Assembly (NCBI GenBank): GCA_049472215.1 | Contig: JBLIRH010000002.1 | Span: 23,815-87,814, forward strand | Direction of reading: 5' to 3' | Length of the DNA: 64,000 nt | From: Thermoplasmatota archaeon | GTDB taxonomy: Archaea > Thermoplasmatota > Penumbrarchaeia > Penumbrarchaeales > Penumbrarchaeaceae | Part shown: piece after piece, positions 44,284 through 53,011 of the stretch | Layout of the letters: every line of letters begins with the position of its first letter | Position numbering within the stretch: position 1 is the first letter of the stretch | Translations under genes and position numbers: made by a program | Notes under the pieces: model-generated | The model's database searches: none | What the model was told of the DNA's origin: nothing | The model's input: only the letters and a program-made list of their open reading frames with translations

Positions 44284-44763
44284 TCACTCACCCCCCTTTC
44301 TCAGATCCTCGATCAGCTGGATCGCCTTTCCAATGTCCAGGTTGCGGTGGACGTCGTGATCGATCATCATGGCAGGTGACCCATCACACTGGCCGATGCA
44401 CGAGCTTTCCTCCAAAGTGAACAAGCCGTCGGCCGTGGTCTCTCCCTCCTTTATGGATAGGTGACCGCTGATGCCTGCCATGAGGTCCTTCGATCCCTTG
44501 CCGTGGCAGACGACACCGCGGCATAGCCTGATGACATGCTTTCCTTCCGCTTTCAATGTGAATTGTTCATAGAAGGTGACTACCGAATATATCCGCGTCA
44601 AGGGGATCTCAAGAGCATCTGCGATGTACCTTGCTGTCTCCCAGGTGATGCAGCCCCATGTCTCCTGGATCTTGTGAAGAAGAAAAAGCACTGGGGAATC
44701 GAGTCCCTTCGCCTCAGCCAGCAATCCGTCCAGAACCTTTATGTCCTTGACCCCGATCACCAT
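44284..44763 (-). CDS. NuoE/HoxE-like thioredoxin-fold [2Fe-2S] protein
   Basis: RLCRGVVCHGKGS...SSCIGQCDGSPAMMID gives C-x4-C...C-x3-C. 159 aa. Confidence 0.9.
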   Translation of the reverse strand: MVIGVKDIKVLDGLLAEAKGLDSPVLFLLHKIQETWGCITWETARYIADALEIPLTRIYSVVTFYEQFTLKAEGKHVIRLCRGVVCHGKGSKDLMAGISGHLSIKEGETTADGLFTLEESSCIGQCDGSPAMMIDHDVHRNLDIGKAIQLIEDLRKGGE

Positions 44764-44793
44764 CTGCTACACCGACGGCCTGTAGCTCACCAT

Positions 44794-44803
44794 GTTATTA
44801 AAA
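44794..44803 (-). promoter_or_regulatory. Candidate TATA box (TTTTAATAAC on the minus strand) for the hydrogenase operon
   Basis: The only AT-rich element in the 84-nt hypE-hydrogenase spacer, about 36 nt upstream of ATG 44763. Confidence 0.3.
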
Positions 44804-44847
44804 CTATCTGTGCAAGGGATCTGCAGCCGTCCCTCCTGGAGCAGATC

Positions 44848-45957
44848 TTAGCATATCCTTGGGACCGGATCCCCGTAGGGCGGGTCCATGATCCGCTTTC
44901 CGCCTACGACCGTCTGAAGGATCACGTTCTTCCCCTCGGGCCCCACGATCCCGATCACTGCGGCATCCTTACCCGCCTCCGTCCTTCTTATCGCTTTGAG
45001 GACCTCATCCTCGCTTCCCGGAGCAACGGCGAGGATGACCTTGCCCTCGTTCCCTATCTCGAAGGGATCGAACCCGAGCATGTCGCAGGCACTCGAGACA
45101 GCTTCCTTTACGGGGATATCGGATTCCCTGACCAGGATAGAGCACCCGCTCTTGGAGCACCATTCGTTCAATCCGTTGGCCAGCCCGCCCCTTGTCAGGT
45201 CCTTGGCGGCAATAACGCCTCCTACGTCCAAGGCGGCCTCGATCACTTCCCCCATCGGAGCGAGGTCGGAGACCAGGTCGGTTTCGAAACCGTAGCCCTC
45301 CCTGAACGAGAGCAGGGATATTCCATGGTCCCCCACGGACCCGGAAAGAATGATGATGTCCCCTTCCCGGACCGCATCGTCCCTCAGCCATCGGGAAACA
45401 GGTGATCTGGCCCCCCGCTTCGATCTAAGCTCTGATGCTCGTTCGAAGTTCCGTTGCAGAGCCGGATGCATCTCTCCGATACCGGCAGTGGTTATGACCA
45501 TCCCCTTCACCCCTCCCTTCTCCACGACCTTCGTGTCCCCCGTTACCACGGTTACATGGGCCCTTTCAGAAGCAATTCCGATCGACCCCGAGATCCTGCG
45601 GAGGAGTTCTTTATCGGTCCCTTCCTCGATCACCATCGATAGTGCGAGGGCTTTAGGCCTTGCCCCGACGACCCAGAGGTCATTCACAGTTCCAAAGACC
45701 GAGAGGGACCCAATATCCCCCCCGGGGAATTCGAGAGGCCATACGGTATGACCGTCGATGGTAAAGGCGACATTATCAATGACGGCGGAATCGTCCAGGA
45801 GTTCCGGCGGGACCCCTTCCCGGTCTTCGCCTCCCGATGACCTTCTAACGAAGGGGATCACGAGCTCCTTCAGCATCCTCTGCATCAGCTCGCCTCCTGC
45901 GCCCTCGCCGATCTTGACCTTCCTGTCACCGTTCATAAGTGGCCCCAAAAAGCTCAT
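44848..45957 (-). CDS. hypE: [NiFe]-hydrogenase maturation protein HypE
   Basis: KIGEGAGGELMQRML, the AIR-synthase-like body, and the diagnostic C-terminus GDPVPRIC. The start is uncertain (GTG 45996 overlaps the upstream gene; ATG 45957 and 45936 are alternatives). Confidence 0.9.
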   Translation of the reverse strand: MSFLGPLMNGDRKVKIGEGAGGELMQRMLKELVIPFVRRSSGGEDREGVPPELLDDSAVIDNVAFTIDGHTVWPLEFPGGDIGSLSVFGTVNDLWVVGARPKALALSMVIEEGTDKELLRRISGSIGIASERAHVTVVTGDTKVVEKGGVKGMVITTAGIGEMHPALQRNFERASELRSKRGARSPVSRWLRDDAVREGDIIILSGSVGDHGISLLSFREGYGFETDLVSDLAPMGEVIEAALDVGGVIAAKDLTRGGLANGLNEWCSKSGCSILVRESDIPVKEAVSSACDMLGFDPFEIGNEGKVILAVAPGSEDEVLKAIRRTEAGKDAAVIGIVGPEGKNVILQTVVGGKRIMDPPYGDPVPRIC

Positions 45958-45967
45958 GTGGAACTGA

Positions 45968-48900
45968 CTAATCACCTTTGCGGTCCCTTCTGACACGGAA
46001 CGTGAAGAAGAGGTAGCCGCCGAGGCCGATCAGCGCTATCGCCGATACTATTGAGATAACTATTATCATCATGCGCTCACCGGAGGAGCGTCCACCATTG
46101 GAAACGATCCTGAACATATCCGAGATGTTCATCGTTCCACCATAGGTCCCGTTGAGGGTCTGGGCCTCTATCTCCAGAGCGATCAGGAGCTCTTCATCGA
46201 GTTTGAGACCTTCGGGCAGCTCTATCGTGATCCGTCCGTTCGACCTTGGTCCGATCATTATGTTCCTCTCTCCGGGAAGGGACATCGTCCCGACCTCGCC
46301 TGTGATCGTGAAACGAAGGATCAGGGGACTGTCGTTCTCGAGGGTTATCTCAAGATACGGTATCTCGGTGTCTATATTTCTTTCAGGTTCGGAGAAGACC
46401 GCCCTCCATGGCATATCGCCCCAGCCCCAGAGGGAGACAATAACATAGATCGTATCGAAGACAACATTACCTGCCCGGTCCTCAACTTTCAGGTCGATCC
46501 TGTGCTCCCCGGGGCTCAGGTCCCTTACCGTTCTCATTATCGACTGGGTGCTGATATGGATCACACCATCCTTGTCCGATGTCCATGTGACGTTCAATAT
46601 GTCGCCGTTTGGCATGTCAGGATCATACCCGGATGCCTCGAAGACGATCAGTGATCCCGGAAGAAGAACGCTTCCGTTCACCGGCTGAACGATGGAAACG
46701 TCTCGGGGAGGGTCTTCGACGGGCTCGACGATCACTCCGATAAGGTAGAATGCTTTCTCTTCGCCGTCCGATACGGAGATCTGAACATATCCTTCCCCCG
46801 CCTGGTCCTCCTCCGGCACTATCCAGAGGAGCCCGTCAGCGATCGTAGCCTTGAAGGGGAAGTATTCGGTGATGGCGAACATGAGCTCGTCCCCGTCTGG
46901 GTCCTCGAAATCATTCAAAAGGTCGCTGTACAAGGGACCTTCGTCCTCCACCATGTAAAGCACAAGTTCGCTGCCCCCGAAGATCGGCCTTTGATTGTTG
47001 TGGGCGGTGGTTCCGAAGATTATCCCGGACAGTTCGGACACGGGGCCGTCATCATCGACCGAGGCCATGACATATTCGTAGGTCGTGTTATCCGAAAGGC
47101 CCATGTCCTCATAGAACGGGACCGATCTGGAGAGCCTTGTTATCTCCTTGAAATCCTCATCCCCGGGATCCCTCCGATAGATGATATATCCCCAGATATC
47201 CTGGGTGAGAGGGGGGTCCCATTCGATGACAAGCGTGTTATTGCCGCGGGCCCTTGCCTCGATGTTCCTCGGGGGGCCGGGGGGTATGATGTCCACTGGG
47301 ATTCCCTTTATGATATCCGTACTATCCGAGGTCGATCCGGCATGATCAATGGAGACCATCCGGAACGAATACTCCTCACCGTTCTGGAGGCCCCTCACGA
47401 TGATGGCGTTGTCAGGATAGTAGACGATTATCGGATTGAATTCAGTCTGTCCCTTTTTCACGTAGATCAAGGCCCGGTACAGGTCCTCCCCTACCCAATC
47501 CCATTCCAGGGAGATGGCCTTGCCCTCGGGGATCGGTTCCAGCCTGAAGTTCCCCGGGGGGAGGGGTTTCTGGTCCACGTCCACCTGTGTAGTATTGCTC
47601 CACCCCTTCGATCCTACATCATTGTATGCCCTGACCCTGAAATACTGCGTGGTGTTCTCGTTCCCGTACACAGGCAAGAATGCATCCCGGGTGGACCAGG
47701 AAACGAGCTTCGATGAGAAATCCTTCGAGTTCGAACGCTGTACGATATATCTAGATCCTTCATCCGTCCAGCTGAGGTCCACCCTGTCAGATCCCCTCTC
47801 GTAACTGGATCCCAATTTTGGTATGTCCGGCATATCCCAGTACCTGTCCATCATGAGGGGGTAGGGATCACGTGCAAGAAAGGGGATGTCGGTATCTCCG
47901 ATGCCGTCACCCGGCTTTCGACCGTTGGAGCCGTCATCTTCTCCGGTGTATGAATCGTAATAATTGCCCTCGAGGGAAGTGGAGTTGTACCAGGTGGAGA
48001 GGGGGGGGCCGGTTGCCACCTTCTCGTTGTCGATGAAGGAGTTGTAGAATATCCGGGAATCCTCGCCCTCGTCGATCGCCTCCTTGTTACCTATGAACCT
48101 GCTGCGGGTGATGATGGAGTTGAACGGGTCTTCAAGTCCCTTGTCGCAATCGATGAACTCGGAATCCCTGACGACGCCGTTCGAGAGGTCCTTCACCGTC
48201 ACCATGTTCCTGAATGTGCTTCCGTGGATGGTCGATGTACTGGTGGAGGAAAGCTCAATTCGCCCCCCCTCTACCTGCGTATCTATCAAAGATAGATTCT
48301 GTGAAGATACCAATTGAATTGAATTATTGATGAGCCTGGAATCAATTAAAGTGACCTTGTCGATCCTGACATCCAATCCCACGGTACAATTCGATACGGA
48401 AAAGCTCTTGTAGACATTCCTGCCCAGCAGTATCGCACCCTTGCCGTAGTTGGATATCGAGACCCTGGTCATCGGCGTTGAGTAAAAGGGGATTATCGCG
48501 GTTCCCGTTCCGCTGCCCTTCATATCCAACCCATCTATCGCCGACCCCCATTCCATGTTCTTAATTGTGCAGTTCAACATTCGCACATCTTCGAATTCCA
48601 GCTTTCCCCATGTGAGATCGAAACCTTGGATGTAGGAGCGGTTGATGGTAAGGGAGGATGGCACATTCCTTACACCCTGAAGAGCGATCGTTGACGAGGG
48701 GGCCCCAGACGGCAAGAACAATATGCGGGAGCTGTCATCGGGGGTGTCAGCATCGCCGTCGAGATCGGTCGCGTTGAGATACCCATAGTTCAGTATCCCG
48801 ACATCTTTCATCATAAGAGAGGAATTTATCAGGGAAATATGGCCGCCGTTCGTGATACCGATATTCTCAACGACCACCGTTGAGTTCTTGATCGTGAGGT

Positions 48901-49105
48901 GATCGATCACTCCGATACCCTGACCGCAAAGAACCGATAGGTTCTCCCAGGTGACCGGGCCGGTCGATGCATTCACCATGAAGGTTTCGTTGAACTCGAG
49001 ATCGTATCCCGACCATGTTCGTCCCTGTACCGAACCCGTTGGTTCTAACTGGGGGACCGAAACCAGCAGAATGAGGGATAACAGCACTATACGAACTCTT
49101 TCCAC
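45968..49105 (-). CDS. Giant surface protein: signal, beta-helix repeats, two FN3-like domains, cadherin-like/Ig domains, C-terminal TM
   Basis: Signal VLLSLILLVSVPQL. Beta-helix-like N/I/G-rich repeats. FN3-like PPGNFRLEPIPEGKAISLEWDW and PGPPRNIEARARGNNTLVIEWDPP. TM MMIIVISIVSAIALIGLGGYLFF + RVRRDRKGD. Confidence 0.8.
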   Translation of the reverse strand: MERVRIVLLSLILLVSVPQLEPTGSVQGRTWSGYDLEFNETFMVNASTGPVTWENLSVLCGQGIGVIDHLTIKNSTVVVENIGITNGGHISLINSSLMMKDVGILNYGYLNATDLDGDADTPDDSSRILFLPSGAPSSTIALQGVRNVPSSLTINRSYIQGFDLTWGKLEFEDVRMLNCTIKNMEWGSAIDGLDMKGSGTGTAIIPFYSTPMTRVSISNYGKGAILLGRNVYKSFSVSNCTVGLDVRIDKVTLIDSRLINNSIQLVSSQNLSLIDTQVEGGRIELSSTSTSTIHGSTFRNMVTVKDLSNGVVRDSEFIDCDKGLEDPFNSIITRSRFIGNKEAIDEGEDSRIFYNSFIDNEKVATGPPLSTWYNSTSLEGNYYDSYTGEDDGSNGRKPGDGIGDTDIPFLARDPYPLMMDRYWDMPDIPKLGSSYERGSDRVDLSWTDEGSRYIVQRSNSKDFSSKLVSWSTRDAFLPVYGNENTTQYFRVRAYNDVGSKGWSNTTQVDVDQKPLPPGNFRLEPIPEGKAISLEWDWVGEDLYRALIYVKKGQTEFNPIIVYYPDNAIIVRGLQNGEEYSFRMVSIDHAGSTSDSTDIIKGIPVDIIPPGPPRNIEARARGNNTLVIEWDPPLTQDIWGYIIYRRDPGDEDFKEITRLSRSVPFYEDMGLSDNTTYEYVMASVDDDGPVSELSGIIFGTTAHNNQRPIFGGSELVLYMVEDEGPLYSDLLNDFEDPDGDELMFAITEYFPFKATIADGLLWIVPEEDQAGEGYVQISVSDGEEKAFYLIGVIVEPVEDPPRDVSIVQPVNGSVLLPGSLIVFEASGYDPDMPNGDILNVTWTSDKDGVIHISTQSIMRTVRDLSPGEHRIDLKVEDRAGNVVFDTIYVIVSLWGWGDMPWRAVFSEPERNIDTEIPYLEITLENDSPLILRFTITGEVGTMSLPGERNIMIGPRSNGRITIELPEGLKLDEELLIALEIEAQTLNGTYGGTMNISDMFRIVSNGGRSSGERMMIIVISIVSAIALIGLGGYLFFTFRVRRDRKGD

Positions 49106-49147
49106 GGTGAATGGACCTATTTATCCCGATTTATTATTTGTGGTAGG

Positions 49148-49495
49148 TCATCTCGTCAGGGGCCCAGTGAGCGACCTTCCCAGGTCGGTGATGGAGTATA
49201 TGATGTTCTTGCCATTCCTCTCCCCCGAGATCACTCCCGCCTTTTCGAGCTTCTTCAGGTGGAACGAAAGAAGGTTCGGTGCCATTCCGGTGAGTTCCGA
49301 AAGCTCCGATGGGGTAAGGGGAGAGAAATTGAGGTAGTAGAGGACCTCTATCCTGTTGCTGGAGGACAGGACGGAGTACATCTTTCCCAGCCTCTTCAGG
49401 ACCTGTGTGCCGGGTCTCAGCTTCTTCAGACCTTCAAGCCCCCCTAACTCCTCGAGGTCTGGGTCAAAGCCCTCGGGGGGTCCTTCGTCTCCCAT
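49148..49495 (-). CDS. ArsR-family winged-HTH transcriptional regulator
   Basis: SNRIEVLYYLNFSPLTPSELSELTGMAPNLLSFHLKKLEKAGVISGERNGKNIIYSI. Confidence 0.8.
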   Translation of the reverse strand: MGDEGPPEGFDPDLEELGGLEGLKKLRPGTQVLKRLGKMYSVLSSSNRIEVLYYLNFSPLTPSELSELTGMAPNLLSFHLKKLEKAGVISGERNGKNIIYSITDLGRSLTGPLTR

Positions 49496-49529
49496 GTTCC
49501 ATAATACCCGTTCTGTTTATTCAAAACTA

Positions 49530-50993
49530 TCATGGACCGGGAGTGGGTTTTCTACCCCTTCTTCCCGAGATCATAAGGACGGCGAAAAGTAAGACCATTA
49601 TTGTCCCGGCCGAACAACCAACGATCAGCCAGAAACCATTTCCGGGGCCTTCTTTCTTGTTCTGGTCAGGTTCGACCGGAACATCATCGTCGACAGCGTC
49701 CCCCTTATCGAATGCCACTGGGTATTCGTCCGTGGCATTCGCGATACCGTCGATGATATAGGGGTCGTCAACGATGCTGTCGTTGTCATGATCCGGGCCC
49801 CAGTGGTCGGACCAGAGGTTCCCTTCGGTCCCTTCGTACCAGCTGTTGGACTCCCCGTTGTCCATAGCCTGGAAACCCTTCGGGCCGTTATCGTAGAATC
49901 TATTTGCATAGACCATGTTATGCCTGGATGGAGGACCCCTCCCCAGCCATGTGTCGATGGTGACAGCATGCCACGTTCCGTTGGAGAAAACGTTATGATG
50001 GACCATCGCTCCATCGGTCGAATCGAGGTACACGGCGTTCTCGTTCCCTTCGAAGTCCGAACCGGTTATTGCGATGCCGCTGGAATCGCTCAGGAACACA
50101 CCATATGTGTTCTTGTAGAAATTGCATTTCGATATGATAGAATCTGATGCAGCGGAGAGCTGGATGCCGTTGGTGTTGTAACGGATCGAGGTCTCCTCGA
50201 TCGAGGAGTTGGCGATACTCATCATGAATATGCCGTTGTTGTTCGTATCTATGTAGGACCTCGCTATCCTTATCCCGCTGGAAACGATCGACCCGTTCGA
50301 GGTCTCAGAAATTATTCCGAAGCCGTAGTTCAAGGTTGTAGTAGTGTCTATTATTTCCACCTCGCTGGAATCGACCAGATGTATTCCGGCTGTGAGTCCC
50401 AATATGGCTGTGTTCGATTCTGCTATAACGCTGCTGATGGTCACGTTACGGGACATGTTCACCAATATCCCGTTCTCCACGTTGACCTTGCAGAGGACCC
50501 TTTCTATGGAAATGCTCCTGCCCTGGACATATACCCCATCGTAGGAGCCGAAGAAACCCGAATCACCGATCCAGATGCCTGAACAGTTTCGGACCTCGAC
50601 CCCCCTAGTGCAGTAATATGTCGCCACGTTCCTGACCCTGACATTGGTGGAGTTCTCGATAAGGATGCCCGGGTGCTTTGGGAGTTTCCCGTTCACGAAA
50701 AGGTTGTAATCCACCACCACGTGTCTTGTAGAGTTCCTGATGACCACCCCCGGGGAGGTCGTGGTATTGAACCAGAAACCGGAGATCAAGTACGGATCGT
50801 CCAAGGTTCCGTTGCCGGTCACTCCCTCAGGAAGCTCCCCTGTGAAATTTGAATCGTTGATATGGATAGGGCCGTGGAGCTTCAATAATGGACCCTCGTC
50901 ATCCTGTCCGGAAACGATGCCATGGAACGATAGGATGATAACCAATGAGAACAAGGCCAGCAGAGATCTAGAAAGTTTGCCCATTGATCGCAC
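49530..50993 (-). CDS. Surface protein with right-handed parallel beta-helix (NosD/PbH1-like) repeats and a C-terminal TM
   Basis: Signal LLALFSLVIILSFHGIVSG. Many ~22-aa repeats (N.T/S I..N....N..GI.L..S). TM FWLIVGCSAGTIMVLLFAVLMI. Confidence 0.75.
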   Translation of the reverse strand: MRSMGKLSRSLLALFSLVIILSFHGIVSGQDDEGPLLKLHGPIHINDSNFTGELPEGVTGNGTLDDPYLISGFWFNTTTSPGVVIRNSTRHVVVDYNLFVNGKLPKHPGILIENSTNVRVRNVATYYCTRGVEVRNCSGIWIGDSGFFGSYDGVYVQGRSISIERVLCKVNVENGILVNMSRNVTISSVIAESNTAILGLTAGIHLVDSSEVEIIDTTTTLNYGFGIISETSNGSIVSSGIRIARSYIDTNNNGIFMMSIANSSIEETSIRYNTNGIQLSAASDSIISKCNFYKNTYGVFLSDSSGIAITGSDFEGNENAVYLDSTDGAMVHHNVFSNGTWHAVTIDTWLGRGPPSRHNMVYANRFYDNGPKGFQAMDNGESNSWYEGTEGNLWSDHWGPDHDNDSIVDDPYIIDGIANATDEYPVAFDKGDAVDDDVPVEPDQNKKEGPGNGFWLIVGCSAGTIMVLLFAVLMISGRRGRKPTPGP

Positions 50994-51112
50994 TTCCCGG
51001 TTCGGTCCGATCGACCACTCTCTTTGATGATATCCTTTTCGGTGGCGTCCTGAAACTCATCGGAAAAGAATATTTGGTATCTCCAATATCAGGGTGCAAA
51101 GGGAGTATTTCA

Positions 51113-51361
51113 ATGACCGAGAAGAAATCCTACAAGGTCTCAGGTGACGACCTGTTGAAGAAGATCGACGACATCATAAAGGAGGGGAACGCCCGAAGGA
51201 TCAGGATAATCCACGAAGGAAAACCGCTTGTGGATATTCCACTATCTGTCGGGATCGGTGTCGGTGCGATAACAGTGCTGACCGCTCCTGTACTGGCGGC
51301 GGTCGGGGCCATCGCTGCGCTGGTTGCCGAAGTGACCATAGAAGTGGAGAAAGTAGAGTAG
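51113..51361 (+). CDS. DUF4342-like small protein
   Basis: MTEKKSYKVSGDDLLKKIDDIIKEGNARRIRIIHEGKPLVDIPLSVGIGVGAITVLTAPVLAAVGAIAALVAEVTIEVEKV matches the pattern as I recall it. Trimmed to the ATG at 51113. Confidence 0.55.
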   Translation: MTEKKSYKVSGDDLLKKIDDIIKEGNARRIRIIHEGKPLVDIPLSVGIGVGAITVLTAPVLAAVGAIAALVAEVTIEVEKVE

Positions 51362-51372
51362 AAATATACCTA

Positions 51373-52218
51373 TCAAACCTGGTCCATGCTTCTCAATGCA
51401 GTGTGGAGAAGGACGCTCATAGATGACTTCCAGGCTTTTTCAGCATGCCTTTCAATGGTAAGTTTCAGTGCGTCGCGGGAAACCTTGAAATCGATATCCT
51501 TGAACTTCACATCCATCAGGACCAGACCGATCGGCGGCAAAGGCTTCACCTTGCCTCTGAGCGTCTCCACGTCCCCTTCCCTCTCTTTCAGGAGGACCTC
51601 GAGATCGACATTTTCGAGATCGCCCTTGACGACGCTCAGAGCCGCTCCGACCATCCTCCTTATCTGGTTCCATAAGAACCTGGAGCCCACCACATCCACG
51701 ATGACAAGCTCCCCCCTTCCGGACAGGTCGAAGGCCCTGGCGCTTTCGACGACGGTCACAGGGTTCTTCTCCTCCTCCAGTTTGCATAGGTACGAGAAAT
51801 CGTGCTCCCCCTCGAACAGGGAGAGGACCCTGTTGAATTCCTCCATATCCTCCACTTGAACGGTTCCAGGTGGCAGATGGTAGCGGTACCATCTCGATGA
51901 CGCCCATCTGATGTTCTGCTCCGGTCTGGGAGCCCCCCATCCCCAGCACCAGATATCGGTCAGATTGGCGTTCAGGGCCCTTAGCAGTTCATCGGGGTCC
52001 ATTCCGGTTTCCAGGGAGAATACGTTTCCAAGGGCTGATACACCGGCATCGGTCCTCGAAGAGAACCTGATCGGCCATTCCGACCATTCGATGTCCGGAC
52101 ACACCTTCCTAAGAGCGATTGCAATGCTCCCCTCGACCGAGAGCGGATCGTCGTCCCCCTGCCGCTGGGAGCCGTGGAAGGATGACCCGTCATAGGCAAC
52201 CTTTACCGCCAGATGCAT
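51373..52218 (-). CDS. truA: tRNA pseudouridine(38-40) synthase TruA
   Basis: Canonical N-terminus MHLAVKVAYDGSSFHGSQRQ and catalytic-Asp context SSRTDAGVSALGNVFS. Trimmed from the 311-aa track ORF. Confidence 0.85.
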   Translation of the reverse strand: MHLAVKVAYDGSSFHGSQRQGDDDPLSVEGSIAIALRKVCPDIEWSEWPIRFSSRTDAGVSALGNVFSLETGMDPDELLRALNANLTDIWCWGWGAPRPEQNIRWASSRWYRYHLPPGTVQVEDMEEFNRVLSLFEGEHDFSYLCKLEEEKNPVTVVESARAFDLSGRGELVIVDVVGSRFLWNQIRRMVGAALSVVKGDLENVDLEVLLKEREGDVETLRGKVKPLPPIGLVLMDVKFKDIDFKVSRDALKLTIERHAEKAWKSSMSVLLHTALRSMDQV

Positions 52219-52240
52219 GCTCCCGTATCCCACCGGAAAC

Positions 52241-52247
52241 AAATATA
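52241..52247. promoter_or_regulatory. Shared AAATATA element between divergent truA and the trmJ-like gene
   Basis: Its centre (52244) is 26 nt from truA ATG (52218, minus strand) and 27 nt from an in-frame GTG (52271, plus strand). Confidence 0.35.
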
Positions 52248-52270
52248 GCTTTACACTGTATCGCAGGGGC

Positions 52271-53011
52271 GTGAAAGATAACAGGGGGGGGGAACGACCC
52301 GAGTTCATCCCTGTGCTGGTCGCTCCTCTCTATCAGGGCAACATCGGCTCCGTTGCCAGGTTGTGCAGGAACTTCGGAATGAAGGAGATGGCCATGGTAG
52401 ATCCCCCTGAGATAGGCGACGAGGCAATTGCCTATTCCATGCACGGCAAGGATATTCTCCTATCGCATCGGACCTTCGCCTCCCTGGAAGAAGCTTCCGA
52501 TGAGTTCGATCATTTGGTGGGGACCTCCGGCATCTCGGATTCGGGAGAGAAATGCTATCAAAGGAACCCCCTCACACTTGAGGAACTGGTCAGATGGACC
52601 GGGTCTGTCCGCGGCAGGATCGGGATCGTTTTCGGGAGGGAGGACAAGGGCCTTGTGAAGGAAGAGCTCGAGCTCTGCGATATCCTCGTTACGATCCCGG
52701 CTTCCCCGGATTATCCCATATTGAACCTCTCTCATGCGGCAGCCGTGGTCTTCTACGAGCTTTGGAAAGGCCTGAACCGTACAAATTGGAGGAACTCCCC
52801 CACCATCACGCGCCTTGAGAAGAACGTGCTCCTGGAGCATTACGAGAGGCTCATGGAGGTTTCAAAGGTTCCTGAGCATAAAAGGCCCATCGCTCGAACC
52901 AATTTTCGAAGGATGATCGCAAGAGCGGCCCCCAGCCAGAGGGAGTTCAACTCCCTGATGGGAACGTTCTCAAGGGCCATGGATTACAAAAGGAAGAAGA
53001 AGGTTGAATGA
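52271..53011 (+). CDS. SpoU/TrmH-family RNA 2'-O-methyltransferase (TrmJ-like)
   Basis: IPVLVAPLYQGNIGSVARLCRNFGMKEMAMVDP...IVFGREDKGL...ILVTIPASPDYPILNLSHAAAVVFYEL. The track's ATG at 52217 would leave no promoter space against truA, so GTG 52271 is preferred. Confidence 0.75.
   Translation: MKDNRGGERPEFIPVLVAPLYQGNIGSVARLCRNFGMKEMAMVDPPEIGDEAIAYSMHGKDILLSHRTFASLEEASDEFDHLVGTSGISDSGEKCYQRNPLTLEELVRWTGSVRGRIGIVFGREDKGLVKEELELCDILVTIPASPDYPILNLSHAAAVVFYELWKGLNRTNWRNSPTITRLEKNVLLEHYERLMEVSKVPEHKRPIARTNFRRMIARAAPSQREFNSLMGTFSRAMDYKRKKKVE

Noticed and set aside
48001-48008. Homopolymer tracts (G8 at 48001-48008, G7 at 18521-18527) as phase-variation switches.
   Set aside because: The G8 tract lies in-frame within an intact 1045-aa ORF, and the G7 tract sits in an SD-like position before a TTG start. 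There is no evidence of frame disruption. Only the G9 at 52284-52292 is kept, because it interacts with start-codon choice.
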